Made by a program: the position numbers and the translations under genes. A stretch of DNA of 64,000 bases, taken from positions 119,985 to 183,984 of the forward strand of contig JBPOID010000005.1 in assembly GCA_052034805.1 (NCBI GenBank), written 5' to 3'. The notes under the pieces were generated by a model. It was not told where the DNA came from. It did no database searches and saw nothing but the letters and a program-made list of their open reading frames with translations. This DNA is from Candidatus Tayloriibacteriota bacterium. Lineage in GTDB: Bacteria; Patescibacteriota; Minisyncoccia; Phycocordibacterales; PALSA-1337. This document shows, piece after piece, positions 29,117-40,107 of this stretch (position 1 is its first letter; each line of letters begins with the position of its first letter).

Positions 29117-30572
29117 AGATTTATATATAAACATGGAAAACAATAATAATCTAAAAAATACCGGAAAACATATACATATAATAGGCGTATGTGGTGTAGC
29201 TACTAGTGCTCTCGCTATAGCCTTTCATAATAATGGCTGGAAAGTCACAGGATCTGATAAGGGGTTTTTCCCTCCGGTTTCTACTGAATTAGAAAAACAT
29301 AAAATATCCTTTTATGCGGGTTGGCATCCAGAGAATATAGGTAATCCAGATATAGTAGTTATAGGTACTGCTTCTGGTACACAGAATCCTGAAACAATAT
29401 ATATAAAAGAAAAAGGAATACCTGTTTATTCATTTGCGGAAGCAATAGGAAAATTTTTCGTAAAAGAATACTCCATAGTAGCAACAGGCACATGGGGCAA
29501 GACTTCATCATCGGCTTTACTTTCTTTTATTCTAAAAGAAGCAGGATTAGATCCATCATATATGTTCGGAGGAGTTTCCCTATCGCATGATGCTTCTGCA
29601 GAACTTACAAATAGCAAATACAGTGTTTTCGAAGGAGATGAATACAAGAGCTCACCAACAGACAATACACCGAAATTCGTATACTATAAACCTACAGATC
29701 TATTACTCACAGCGGTATCATGGGATCATGCAGACCTATACCCTACAGAAGAAAGTTATTTCAATGCATTCGAAAAGCTTATAGAGAATATACCAGAAAC
29801 AGGTTTTATCATTGCAAATAAAGATAATGAAAAAACAAAAGAATTAGTAAATAAATCTCAGAATAAAGCAGTTCAAAGCAAAACAATTTCAAAAAAAGTT
29901 ATATGGTATGGAAAAGAAAATGCAGATTATACATATAATGATATTGAACAGACACAAAAAGGTTTGGATTTCAAAATAGAAAATAAAGACAAAGAATACA
30001 AAATACATTCACCTATGATCGGTGCTTTCCAAGCAGAAAATATAACTGGCTGTTTCGCTATGGCTAGAGAATTAGGTATAGAAGAAAATACAATAATAGA
30101 AGCAATAGGAAAATTCAAAGGTTTAAAAAGAAGATTAGAGAAAAGATTAGATAGTGATATAACAGTATTCGATGATATAGCTCATTCACCAGAAAAAGCA
30201 AAATCTGTATTAGAAAATCTAAGAAAAATATATAAAGGAAAAATAATAGCCATATTTGAACCAAATATAGGAGGCAGACAAAGAGAGTCTATTCTAAAAT
30301 ACGATAATGCTTTTATGAATGCAGATACTGTTATTATTCCAAAATTAACAAAGTTGAAAATATCTGAGGACAATACAATATCCCCAATAGAAGGAGATGA
30401 ATTAGCAAAAGCTATTTCTAAAACTCATAATAATGTGAAATATATAGACAACGATGAAACATTAGTTGAAACGCTAAAGAACTGTAGTGAAACAGGAGAT
30501 ATAATAGTATTCTTGGGTTCTCACGGTTTTAGAAAAATGATAGAAGAAACAATAGAAAAAATATCAAAATAA
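29103..30572 (+). CDS. Mur ligase family protein, Mpl/MurC-like (UDP-N-acetylmuramate:peptide or L-Ala ligase)
   Basis: The N-terminus HIHIIGVCGVATSALA...GSDKGFFPPVSTELE...IVATGTWGKTSSSALL closely resembles Mpl (GSDANVYPPMSTLLE...GTHGKTTT). Confidence 0.6.
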   Translation: MILNKDLYINMENNNNLKNTGKHIHIIGVCGVATSALAIAFHNNGWKVTGSDKGFFPPVSTELEKHKISFYAGWHPENIGNPDIVVIGTASGTQNPETIYIKEKGIPVYSFAEAIGKFFVKEYSIVATGTWGKTSSSALLSFILKEAGLDPSYMFGGVSLSHDASAELTNSKYSVFEGDEYKSSPTDNTPKFVYYKPTDLLLTAVSWDHADLYPTEESYFNAFEKLIENIPETGFIIANKDNEKTKELVNKSQNKAVQSKTISKKVIWYGKENADYTYNDIEQTQKGLDFKIENKDKEYKIHSPMIGAFQAENITGCFAMARELGIEENTIIEAIGKFKGLKRRLEKRLDSDITVFDDIAHSPEKAKSVLENLRKIYKGKIIAIFEPNIGGRQRESILKYDNAFMNADTVIIPKLTKLKISEDNTISPIEGDELAKAISKTHNNVKYIDNDETLVETLKNCSETGDIIVFLGSHGFRKMIEETIEKISK

Positions 30573-30579
30573 ATTAATT

Positions 30580-30744
30580 CTATTTTCCTTCATCGACAAT
30601 CTCTGTAGAAATATCGCCATCTTTAATATCTTTTACTAGCAATGTCATACCACAATGATTGCATTCTATTACCATTCCTTCGTTTATAGAAGGATACTTT
30701 GAAATATCTATATTATTCTTACATTCTGGACAAATTGATTTCAT
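30580..30744 (-). CDS. small zinc-ribbon protein (54 aa), LysW-like fold but lacking a C-terminal Glu
   Basis: It is not in the ORF track. The minus strand encodes MKSICPECKNNIDISKYPSINEGMVIECNHCGMTLLVKDIKDGDISTEIVDEGK, with CPEC...CNHCG zinc-ribbon pairs. Confidence 0.3.
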   Translation of the reverse strand: MKSICPECKNNIDISKYPSINEGMVIECNHCGMTLLVKDIKDGDISTEIVDEGK

Positions 30745-30783
30745 ATACTTCTAATATTACCTAAAACGATGTAATATATCAAT

Positions 30784-31668
30784 ATGATAACACCACATGA
30801 AGAGTACAATGAATTAGGAAAAGCCATAGGACTTAATGGCAAATTATTTTTCAAAAGAGAAGATTTGCATCCTTTGGGATCTCATAAAGGACGTTCATTA
30901 CCTATTATGATAAATCAATACATAGATGGCGGATTTGATCATTTTGCCATATCTTCATCTGGTAATGCGGCATTAGCATCTGGATTATATGTAAAAGAAT
31001 TAAATGAAAAAAGAAATGATAATGAAAAAATCACTTTAGAAATATTAGTAGGGAAAAATATATCTTCAAAGAAATTAGATAAATTACAGAAAATAAAAGA
31101 TCAGAATATACTATTATCTATTCAAGATAGACCTTTACAAGCTTTATTCACAAAGACTCAAACCGCCAAAGTGAAAAGCTTGAGACAATCTACAGATGAT
31201 ATAGCATTAGAAGGATATCGTTTTTTGGGAGAAGAATTGATGAAAATACCTGATCTAGAAGCAATTTTTATAGGTACATCATCAGGAACTACAGCACAAG
31301 CATTGGCACAATATTTTATAGATAATAAAAAGAAAGTAGAAATAAATATGGTGCAAACTACATCATGTCATCCTATAGCAGATATATTCGATATTCATGA
31401 GGATGATAAAGAGTCATCAATAGCTGATGCGATAATAGACCGCACAGCTTTCAGAAAAAATAATTTAATTAAATTGATAAAGAAAAATGGGGGTACAGCG
31501 TGGATAGTAAAAAACGAAATAATAAAAGTGGCACAAAAGATCACAAGCGATAATACAGGTTTGAATATATCAGTTAATAGCGCATTATCTGTTACAGGAC
31601 TTATGGAAGCGATATATACTGGAAAGAACTATAAAGGATCTGTTGTATGTATGATATGTGGTGATTGA
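30784..31668 (+). CDS. PLP-dependent enzyme, fold type II (Trp-synthase beta / Thr-dehydratase superfamily)
   Basis: A candidate PLP-lysine motif lies at LGSHKGRSL. There is a Gly-rich phosphate loop GTSSGTTAQA. The size is ~294 aa. Confidence 0.4.
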   Translation: MITPHEEYNELGKAIGLNGKLFFKREDLHPLGSHKGRSLPIMINQYIDGGFDHFAISSSGNAALASGLYVKELNEKRNDNEKITLEILVGKNISSKKLDKLQKIKDQNILLSIQDRPLQALFTKTQTAKVKSLRQSTDDIALEGYRFLGEELMKIPDLEAIFIGTSSGTTAQALAQYFIDNKKKVEINMVQTTSCHPIADIFDIHEDDKESSIADAIIDRTAFRKNNLIKLIKKNGGTAWIVKNEIIKVAQKITSDNTGLNISVNSALSVTGLMEAIYTGKNYKGSVVCMICGD

Positions 31669-32943
31669 TTATACAGATCTCACAGCCCTTACGAAATCTT
31701 CTCCACGTTCCTTTCTCGAAGAATATATACCTATAGCTTCACAACCTGGACTAAAAACTACCCTATCACCCTTTTTAGCTAATTCTAAAGCTTTTACTAC
31801 CGCTTCATCTAGATTATATACTTGATTAAAGGAAATATTTTCTATAACTTTTATATCTTCGCGCAAACATAATGTACCACTACCTGGAAGTAGAATAATA
31901 GCTTTTATGTATTGAGGTAATAGATTTATCAATAAACGATAATCATATCTAGTATATGCCCCACCGAATATTAATATTATATTTCTATCTATTGATAAAT
32001 TCTTTATAGTATTCAATGTTGCTATTGGATTTGTAGAATATGCATCATTATAAAATTCTATACCCTTTATCTTTTTTACTAATTCCATTCTACCCTTTAA
32101 ACCTGAAAAGTTCGCAAGGATTTCTTGTGATGTTTCCTTTGGTATTCGGAATAATTCACCAGCCTGTATAGTCAATGAATGATTTAGAGAATTCGTACGC
32201 AACATCTTTGCCTTTGGGGTAAATTTGCATAGATTTCTTATTGAATCTATAACATCATCAGGTGCAACTACGAAATTATTATATGTTTGATATTCCAATA
32301 TAGAGAAAGCATCTGGAGATTTCCTTTCTGCAAGAGATACAAGAGATGTTATAACGATTACATGAGGACTGATTCTAGAATTATGATATTCGCCTATTAA
32401 TTCTTCTCTGATTCTAGAGAGAACAACGTCACCAGATTTTATTTTCTTCAAATGCGCTATAGAACCATTAGTTGAATCAGAATCAATAAAAAATAATCCC
32501 TGATTTTCATAATCAATAAAAGATTTTTTCAGAATCATATATATCATACTGGATACTGTACTTTTCCCGCATGCACCGACAACACCGATAAGAGTTATAG
32601 GTGGTACAAGTTTGAAAAATAATATTTCTGAATATTCTACTGGAATACCATTAGAAATAGCCTTCTTTAAAAAAGAAGATTTCTTGGAAATATCAGAATG
32701 AATAATAATAAGATCTTTATCTATTAATTTTTCTTCTGAAATCTTGCCGAAATGATAATCCTTTAGACCAGACTTTTCTAATATAGACAAGAAGCCTCTA
32801 AGCTTATCCTTGCTACGTGTATCAAATAAAGTGATGTCCGAACCTATGCGTAAAAGGAATTTTATATCAGATATCATCTCACCATGCGGTCCTAGGCCTA
32901 TAATAGCCACCTTTTTATTCTTGAAGAAGTTTTTATAATTCAC
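31669..32943 (-). CDS. murD: Mur ligase, MurD-like (UDP-N-acetylmuramoylalanine--D-glutamate ligase)
   Basis: It has a Rossmann-like N-domain (KKVAIIGLGPHGE...TLFD), a P-loop (GVVGACGKSTVSSM), and a C-terminal Mur ligase domain. Confidence 0.5.
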   Translation of the reverse strand: MNYKNFFKNKKVAIIGLGPHGEMISDIKFLLRIGSDITLFDTRSKDKLRGFLSILEKSGLKDYHFGKISEEKLIDKDLIIIHSDISKKSSFLKKAISNGIPVEYSEILFFKLVPPITLIGVVGACGKSTVSSMIYMILKKSFIDYENQGLFFIDSDSTNGSIAHLKKIKSGDVVLSRIREELIGEYHNSRISPHVIVITSLVSLAERKSPDAFSILEYQTYNNFVVAPDDVIDSIRNLCKFTPKAKMLRTNSLNHSLTIQAGELFRIPKETSQEILANFSGLKGRMELVKKIKGIEFYNDAYSTNPIATLNTIKNLSIDRNIILIFGGAYTRYDYRLLINLLPQYIKAIILLPGSGTLCLREDIKVIENISFNQVYNLDEAVVKALELAKKGDRVVFSPGCEAIGIYSSRKERGEDFVRAVRSV

Positions 32944-33254
32944 TTCTCTATTATATCCCCCTTATCCGCATTTTCAATCAATTTTCTAACTTTTATCATT
33001 TCTTGCAAAAGTGCTTGAAGTTTCAAAGTATTTTCATCATCACAGAATCCTAGAGAAAAATCTTCTAATTTTTTCAAAAATAAACTGTGAATATCATTGA
33101 AATATGCTTCTAGAATCTCTATACCATTCTCCGTTATATTTCCTCCATCTCGTAATATGAAGAATTCTTGTGGTTTCAATATACCTTCGAAATACATTCT
33201 ATCATCACATATCACACCTTCTAATGAAGGAGAAATTATACTGTATGTATTCAT
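32940..33254 (-). CDS. hypothetical protein
   Basis: It is 104 aa and overlaps the murD start by 4 nt. No family was recognised. Confidence 0.3.
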   Translation of the reverse strand: MNTYSIISPSLEGVICDDRMYFEGILKPQEFFILRDGGNITENGIEILEAYFNDIHSLFLKKLEDFSLGFCDDENTLKLQALLQEMIKVRKLIENADKGDIIEK

Positions 33255-33255
33255 A

Positions 33256-34008
33256 TTAATAATTTGCTTTTATACTAATAAAAGAATCCTTTGTAATAAT
33301 TACATGATCTAATATATTTATACCGATAATCTTCCCTGCTTTTATGAGTTGCTCTGTAATATTTATATCGGCTTCGCTTGGTAATAGATTTCCCGATGGA
33401 TGATTATGTGCAAGCACTATAGCAACCGAACTATACTCTATAGCAGGACGAAAGACTTCTCTAGGATGTATTAGATTTGTATTTATGGTACCAATAGAAA
33501 TAACTTCATCATGTATTATTTTATTATGACTATTCAGATATAGACCTCGCAAATGCTCTTTTGGTAAATTATGCATATCCTTTAGATATTCATAAGTATC
33601 TTTTGCATTTCTTATTACAGTAAATCCCATAGGATTCCTCTCATACAGACGTCTGCCTAATTCACCACAGGCTATAATCTGACATGCCTTTACTAGTGGT
33701 ATATTCATATTTATAGAAAGCTTTTTTGCATCTCTTTCTGCTATTATACTTTTCTCTCCATATTCTTTTATTATTCTTCCTGACATTTCCAATACATCTT
33801 CGCTTTTACTTCCTGTACCCATTATAACTGCGAGTAATTCTTGTATGGATAATATTTCAGGACCTCTGTTTATGAGTTTTTCTCTGGGTTTTGCTTCTAT
33901 GGGTAAATCTTTTATCTTTAATACATATTCTTTTAATGCATTATCGAGAATCAAATCTGAATCTTTTATATTATATTGTCTTGTATATTCTTTTATTGCT
34001 GTTGGCAT
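33256..34008 (-). CDS. radC: RadC-like JAB-domain protein (UPF0758)
   Basis: It has an HNHPSG motif, an SEAD motif, and an N-terminal helix-hairpin-helix-like region. Confidence 0.8.
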   Translation of the reverse strand: MPTAIKEYTRQYNIKDSDLILDNALKEYVLKIKDLPIEAKPREKLINRGPEILSIQELLAVIMGTGSKSEDVLEMSGRIIKEYGEKSIIAERDAKKLSINMNIPLVKACQIIACGELGRRLYERNPMGFTVIRNAKDTYEYLKDMHNLPKEHLRGLYLNSHNKIIHDEVISIGTINTNLIHPREVFRPAIEYSSVAIVLAHNHPSGNLLPSEADINITEQLIKAGKIIGINILDHVIITKDSFISIKANY

Positions 34009-34147
34009 GTATTGTTTTTATTAAATAATAATTCTATGAATTATATATTTCATACAATGCATATCTCAATAGCGAAAAACACAAAAACTTTATTAAAATT
34101 TTATCTTTTGTGGATAACTTATAGATTTTATGGCTAACTTTGAATTG

Positions 34148-34220
34148 TGCGCGTGCTTGGGGTCGAACCAAGGACCTTTCGAGTATCAGTCGAATGCTCT
34201 ACCAGCTGAGCTACACGCGC
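34148..34220 (-). tRNA. tRNA-Ile (anticodon GAU)
   Basis: The reverse complement reads GCGCGTGTAGCTCAGCTGGTAGAGCATTCGACTGATACTCGAA...GGTTCGACCCCAAGCACGCGCA. The anticodon loop is CTGATAC. Confidence 0.85.
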
Positions 34221-34280
34221 ATTTCACTTAAATTCTAGATTTCAAACTCCTTCCACTTTCGCGCCTGTAGCTACCAAAAC

Positions 34281-34304
34281 AGCTACACGCGCATTTCACT
34301 TAAA
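34281..34304. repeat. 24-nt direct duplicate of the tRNA-Ile 5-prime end plus its upstream flank
   Basis: The sequence agctacacgcgcatttcacttaaa occurs at 34210-34233 and again at 34281-34304. An inverted partial copy gcgcctgtagct lies between them. Confidence 0.5.
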
Positions 34305-34335
34305 ATACTTAGTATCATAAGCAAATAGGCTCGCC

Positions 34336-34541
34336 TATCTTGCGTGCGTGAGACCTTTCCTCCACTTTCGTTACGGAAAGGCTCCCGCACCGTAGGCTCG
34401 CACTATTTACTAGTGTTTTAACAATCTAGAAAAATCGTGTGAGGGGCCGTGGCGGAGAACTTTTCGAGAGCGAAGCGGTCCGAAAAGTTCCTACGCCAGC
34501 AAGTGCCCCGAGCCGATTTTTCTAAATCCTAATTTTCAAAC
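34336..34541. ncRNA. candidate structured non-coding element, copy 1 (paralog of 57713-57932)
   Basis: A conserved 5-prime ATCTTGCGTGCG precedes a hairpin and GCACCGT. Then AGAAAAATCGTGTGAGG is followed by nested helices (GGGGC/GCCCC, TGGCG/CGCCA, GAGAACTTTTCG/CGAAAAGTTCC), a closing CGATTTTTCT, and AATTTTC. Several helices show compensatory changes relative to copy 2. Confidence 0.35.
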
Positions 34542-34831
34542 TACTGTTCGATAATCTTCTTTACCGCAATAAAATCACCTTCACGATCTGGTGATTCATC
34601 GAGTATTGCTTCACGATCTTCTTTCGAAATCACAGTAGAAATATCTTCACGAAAAACATTAGAAACTGCACCAGGTATAGGTGTATAGTCCATGTCTAAA
34701 GTAGCTTCTTTTATTTGATCTATATATTTCAATATAGAATCTATCTCTTTTGTTAATTCCTTTTTCTCGGAATCATCTATCTTTATACGAGATAATTCAG
34801 CTAGTTTTTCTATATCCTTTATTTCTACCAT
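34541..34831 (-). CDS. gatC: Asp-tRNA(Asn)/Glu-tRNA(Gln) amidotransferase subunit C
   Basis: The 96-aa protein has a GatC-like N-terminus (IEKLAELSRIKIDDSEKKELTKEIDSILKYIDQI). Confidence 0.6.
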   Translation of the reverse strand: MVEIKDIEKLAELSRIKIDDSEKKELTKEIDSILKYIDQIKEATLDMDYTPIPGAVSNVFREDISTVISKEDREAILDESPDREGDFIAVKKIIEQ

Positions 34832-34857
34832 AGAAAGAGTCTATCATAAAAGTATTT

Positions 34858-36876
<2,019 letters not shown>

Positions 36877-36932
36877 TCATAATCAGAATCAAAATTACAC
36901 TTCAAATGGTATAGGTAAATTACTTAATAAAC

Positions 36933-37466
36933 TTAATAAGTTAGACGTAGGGCTCTTTCTACTCTCTTTGGAGAACCTACTGTACATGAGCCACCATTAT
37001 TATCAGTCCAGCCAATATTATATCCCTTAGAATCAATAGTCTCTGTTAAGGCACCGTCTACTATTGCTTTTGTAACAGTTACTACAGCACAAGAATTACC
37101 ATCTAAACCTAGTTTAATATAAAATACAAAAGAACCTTCTGGATCATTTAAACTAATTGACTGAAAATTAGTCTTTACATTCGGCTCAGCACAGCCCAAT
37201 TTACTAGTATTATCTACATCAGTAGTGAAAGCTCCGTTCATTTCACCATACACAGCACATTCTATACCCCCATCAGCAGCATACAGAGCACTCGCCGAAT
37301 CTCTAGATGAAGTAGTTAATAAAAACTCTTTTTTACTAATATTCAATATAGAAATACCGATAGCCAGAACAAGGGACGAAACCAGAACAGCAAATAAAAG
37401 AGTATAACCACCATTCCCTTTTTGATTTAGATTATCTTTATTATTTTTTAAAATATAATCTATCAT
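36933..37466 (-). CDS. PilX-like minor pilin (non-canonical N-terminus)
   Basis: It has an N-terminal hydrophobic segment (QKGNGGYTLLFAVLVSSLVLAIG) without the Glu5, as in PilX. It is the last gene of the minor pilin operon. Confidence 0.4.
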   Translation of the reverse strand: MIDYILKNNKDNLNQKGNGGYTLLFAVLVSSLVLAIGISILNISKKEFLLTTSSRDSASALYAADGGIECAVYGEMNGAFTTDVDNTSKLGCAEPNVKTNFQSISLNDPEGSFVFYIKLGLDGNSCAVVTVTKAIVDGALTETIDSKGYNIGWTDNNGGSCTVGSPKRVERALRLTY

Positions 37467-38017
37467 TATTTTATTATATTAAATATCTCATCTTCATAAG
37501 TCACATCATGATCCATGCCATTATTCCATTTTACGACAACTATTAATTTTGCCTGATATATAGGATTCGAAGGATTAGCTTTTATATAGAAATATCTATA
37601 GAATTTTGTAGGTGTAGTACCCGAGGAACTAGTAGTATAACCATTATCAGAAAGATATAGTCTGCAAGTTTCCCCACTACATACAGATAGTGTAGATAAA
37701 GGATTTGAAGTATCTGTTGTTAAAGTATCTATTTTACATAGACTACTTATAGAATTACATGAATTACCAGAAGTAAGATTCTGAAGCCAATTTCTAGGTG
37801 GAGAAGCTAATACATTATTATCTCTAACACTTTTTACGAATTCCAATAGATCTTGAGCTAGATACGAAGCAGTCACCTCATCTTTCGCATATACACCAGC
37901 CATATAACCTTTCTCAGCAATAACTAAAGGTCCTGCAATAGAAATCATAAGTATAGTAATAGCTACTAATGTCTCTATTATGGTGAATCCTTTATTTTTT
38001 GAAATAATATTATTCAT
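37466..38017 (-). CDS. minor pilin/pseudopilin (GspI/PilV-like) with prepilin leader
   Basis: It has the prepilin leader KGFTIIETLVAITILMISI and a GspI-like helix ASYLAQDLLEFVKSV. The start was placed at the internal Met (MNNIISKNKGFT) to avoid overlapping the upstream gene. Confidence 0.5.
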   Translation of the reverse strand: MNNIISKNKGFTIIETLVAITILMISIAGPLVIAEKGYMAGVYAKDEVTASYLAQDLLEFVKSVRDNNVLASPPRNWLQNLTSGNSCNSISSLCKIDTLTTDTSNPLSTLSVCSGETCRLYLSDNGYTTSSSGTTPTKFYRYFYIKANPSNPIYQAKLIVVVKWNNGMDHDVTYEDEIFNIIK

Positions 38018-38021
38018 AGTT

Positions 38022-38672
38022 TTAATCAGAAACACGTTGAGAAATACCAGTTTGTAAATCAAAAGCGGTTTTCGTTCTCTCTTTTTTACCTATAGTTCCG
38101 ACAAAATGAAACTGAACAAAAGGTACGGCATAAATATTGGTAGTGTCTCTGGTAATCTTCATAGTAGCTTTAGAGAAAGTAATACTGCCATCATTAGAGA
38201 TAACTGGAAAGAAATAATAGGGACTAGGGTATGGAGCTATCAATCCATCACAAGATGATTGTTCTGCTTTGTATATTGATTCATTACTAAAACTATATGC
38301 ATGTATAAGTCTACATTTTTTACCAGAACCATCTGTTCTATTTGCCGTTTTTGGTGAATAGAAATATATAGACCAATTATCAGTAAAAGAATTAGTTGTG
38401 CAATTAGGTGCCGGAAGATCTGTATTAGCTGATACAGCATAATAACCTGATGGACAATAAAAATTCGTACCCGTCCTAAGTTCACGAGATATAGAATCCA
38501 TAACAAAGTTCATATTTGCTATAGAATCCTTTAATGTATGAGATTTTGTATTCAAATCTATTATTTTCAAGAATGCACCAATAGCAACTAAGGATACAAT
38601 CATAAAAATAGCTATTGAAACAATCATTTCTACCAAAGTAAATCCTTTATTTTTAATAGAATTATTTTTCAT
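38022..38672 (-). CDS. minor pilin/pseudopilin (PilW/GspJ-like) with prepilin leader
   Basis: It has the prepilin leader KGFTLVEMIVSIAIFMIVSLVAIGAF. Confidence 0.5.
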   Translation of the reverse strand: MKNNSIKNKGFTLVEMIVSIAIFMIVSLVAIGAFLKIIDLNTKSHTLKDSIANMNFVMDSISRELRTGTNFYCPSGYYAVSANTDLPAPNCTTNSFTDNWSIYFYSPKTANRTDGSGKKCRLIHAYSFSNESIYKAEQSSCDGLIAPYPSPYYFFPVISNDGSITFSKATMKITRDTTNIYAVPFVQFHFVGTIGKKERTKTAFDLQTGISQRVSD

Positions 38673-38675
38673 ATT

Positions 38676-39299
38676 CTATTTCATAACAGTTATTTGTCCA
38701 ACACTTGAAACCTTTATCATTTTGAGATTTGCAGAATCATTACCTGATCTTAATGATATTATAGCTGAATTAGTCCTAGCGGGAGCACCACCAGAAGTCC
38801 AAACTGCTAATATTACAGCATCTGGATCTGGTCTTTTATAAGTAATATCTAAACTATTCATAGTCAAATTATTATCGCAGAAACCTGTAGTACCTACAGC
38901 ACATATTCTATCTATAACGAATCCCCTTTTAAAGGTGGATACCGATATTTTCTCATCTGTAGGAGAACTATCATAAGATTGATTATTATTCAGATCAGCA
39001 AAAAATATCATATTGTTATTATTTGGAGATACAGCACTAAAATGTACACCATAAGCAGTATTAAATTGATCAGAATAATTCGAATCACTAGTTGGAAGAC
39101 TTTTTACATTTAATCCGTATGATTGAGCATTACGTATAGTAAGAGCTACATCATAAGCAAGATTTGTTAATAGAACACCTTGATTAAAGCTTCCATATTT
39201 TGCCACCAGGAAAGCAGTGAGAAATGCAAAAATAGCTATTGAAATAACCATTTCTAGAAGTGTAAAACCTTTTATTTTTTTATTATTATTTATTTTCAT
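38676..39299 (-). CDS. minor pilin/pseudopilin (GspH/FimT-like) with prepilin leader
   Basis: It has the prepilin leader KGFTLLEMVISIAIFAFLTAF and an LAYDVALTIRNAQSYG helix. Confidence 0.5.
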   Translation of the reverse strand: MKINNNKKIKGFTLLEMVISIAIFAFLTAFLVAKYGSFNQGVLLTNLAYDVALTIRNAQSYGLNVKSLPTSDSNYSDQFNTAYGVHFSAVSPNNNNMIFFADLNNNQSYDSSPTDEKISVSTFKRGFVIDRICAVGTTGFCDNNLTMNSLDITYKRPDPDAVILAVWTSGGAPARTNSAIISLRSGNDSANLKMIKVSSVGQITVMK

Positions 39300-40087
39300 T
39301 ATTGAAGAAATAAATTACCAAAATCTATAACCTGTATATTGAAAAATAATACCAAATACATACCTAATACAAGATACGGACCAAAAGGTATTTCATATTT
39401 TGATTTAAATTTTCTCATAGTAATAAACATCCATAAAACACTTATTACAGCTCCTATCCAGAAAGCCAATACAACAGCTGATAAAGCATTCATTAATCCT
39501 AGAGTCCATCCTATACCTAATACAAGTTTAGCATCACCCAAACCCATCCATTCACCTTTAGAGAATAACCATAGCAAAGCAAATGGCAAAGCGATAATAG
39601 GTCCAGATAATAAAGAAGTAATAGAAGGCATAATAAACGCTAATTCTGGAGAAATAAATAATTTCACAAATGCTATAGCTGAAAATGTATATACTAGAAT
39701 ATCTGGTATTATTTTATGTCTTATATCATAAACAGTAATAACTATAAGCAATGAAGTTATAAGTAAATAAAAGAAAGTAATAAAACTAGATTGTATAGAT
39801 ACAGGAGGAAAGAAATAAAAAATAAGTATAAATAATAGACCAGAAATAGTCTCTATGAGTGGATACTGCCAAGATATTTTACTTTTACACTTTCTACATT
39901 TCCCCATTTGGAATAGAAAGCTAAATAAAGGAACAAGCTCAGACCACGTTAATGTTTTGCTACAAGAAAAACATTTCGATCTACCACCCAGTGTAAGCCC
40001 AGTATTAAAGCGGAATATCACCACATTCAAAAAGCTACCTATAATAGTACCCAGTATGAAAGAAAAAATAAGGAAAATACTATTCAT
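39299..40087 (-). CDS. pilD: prepilin peptidase (A24 family)
   Basis: It has an N-terminal CxxC...CxxC zinc pair, a polytopic membrane domain, and the catalytic Asp residues (YDIRHKIIPD; GLGDAKL). Confidence 0.8.
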   Translation of the reverse strand: MNSIFLIFSFILGTIIGSFLNVVIFRFNTGLTLGGRSKCFSCSKTLTWSELVPLFSFLFQMGKCRKCKSKISWQYPLIETISGLLFILIFYFFPPVSIQSSFITFFYLLITSLLIVITVYDIRHKIIPDILVYTFSAIAFVKLFISPELAFIMPSITSLLSGPIIALPFALLWLFSKGEWMGLGDAKLVLGIGWTLGLMNALSAVVLAFWIGAVISVLWMFITMRKFKSKYEIPFGPYLVLGMYLVLFFNIQVIDFGNLFLQ

Positions 40088-40107
40088 TTTGTTTATTTAA
40101 AATAATA

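Noticed and set aside
34336-34541. Considered whether the paired structured elements are SRP RNA, 6S RNA, a T-box or a riboswitch.
   Set aside because: No SRP domain IV motif, T-box AGGGUGGNACCGCG motif or recognisable riboswitch consensus was found. The 6S-like central bubble is not evident. They are left unclassified.
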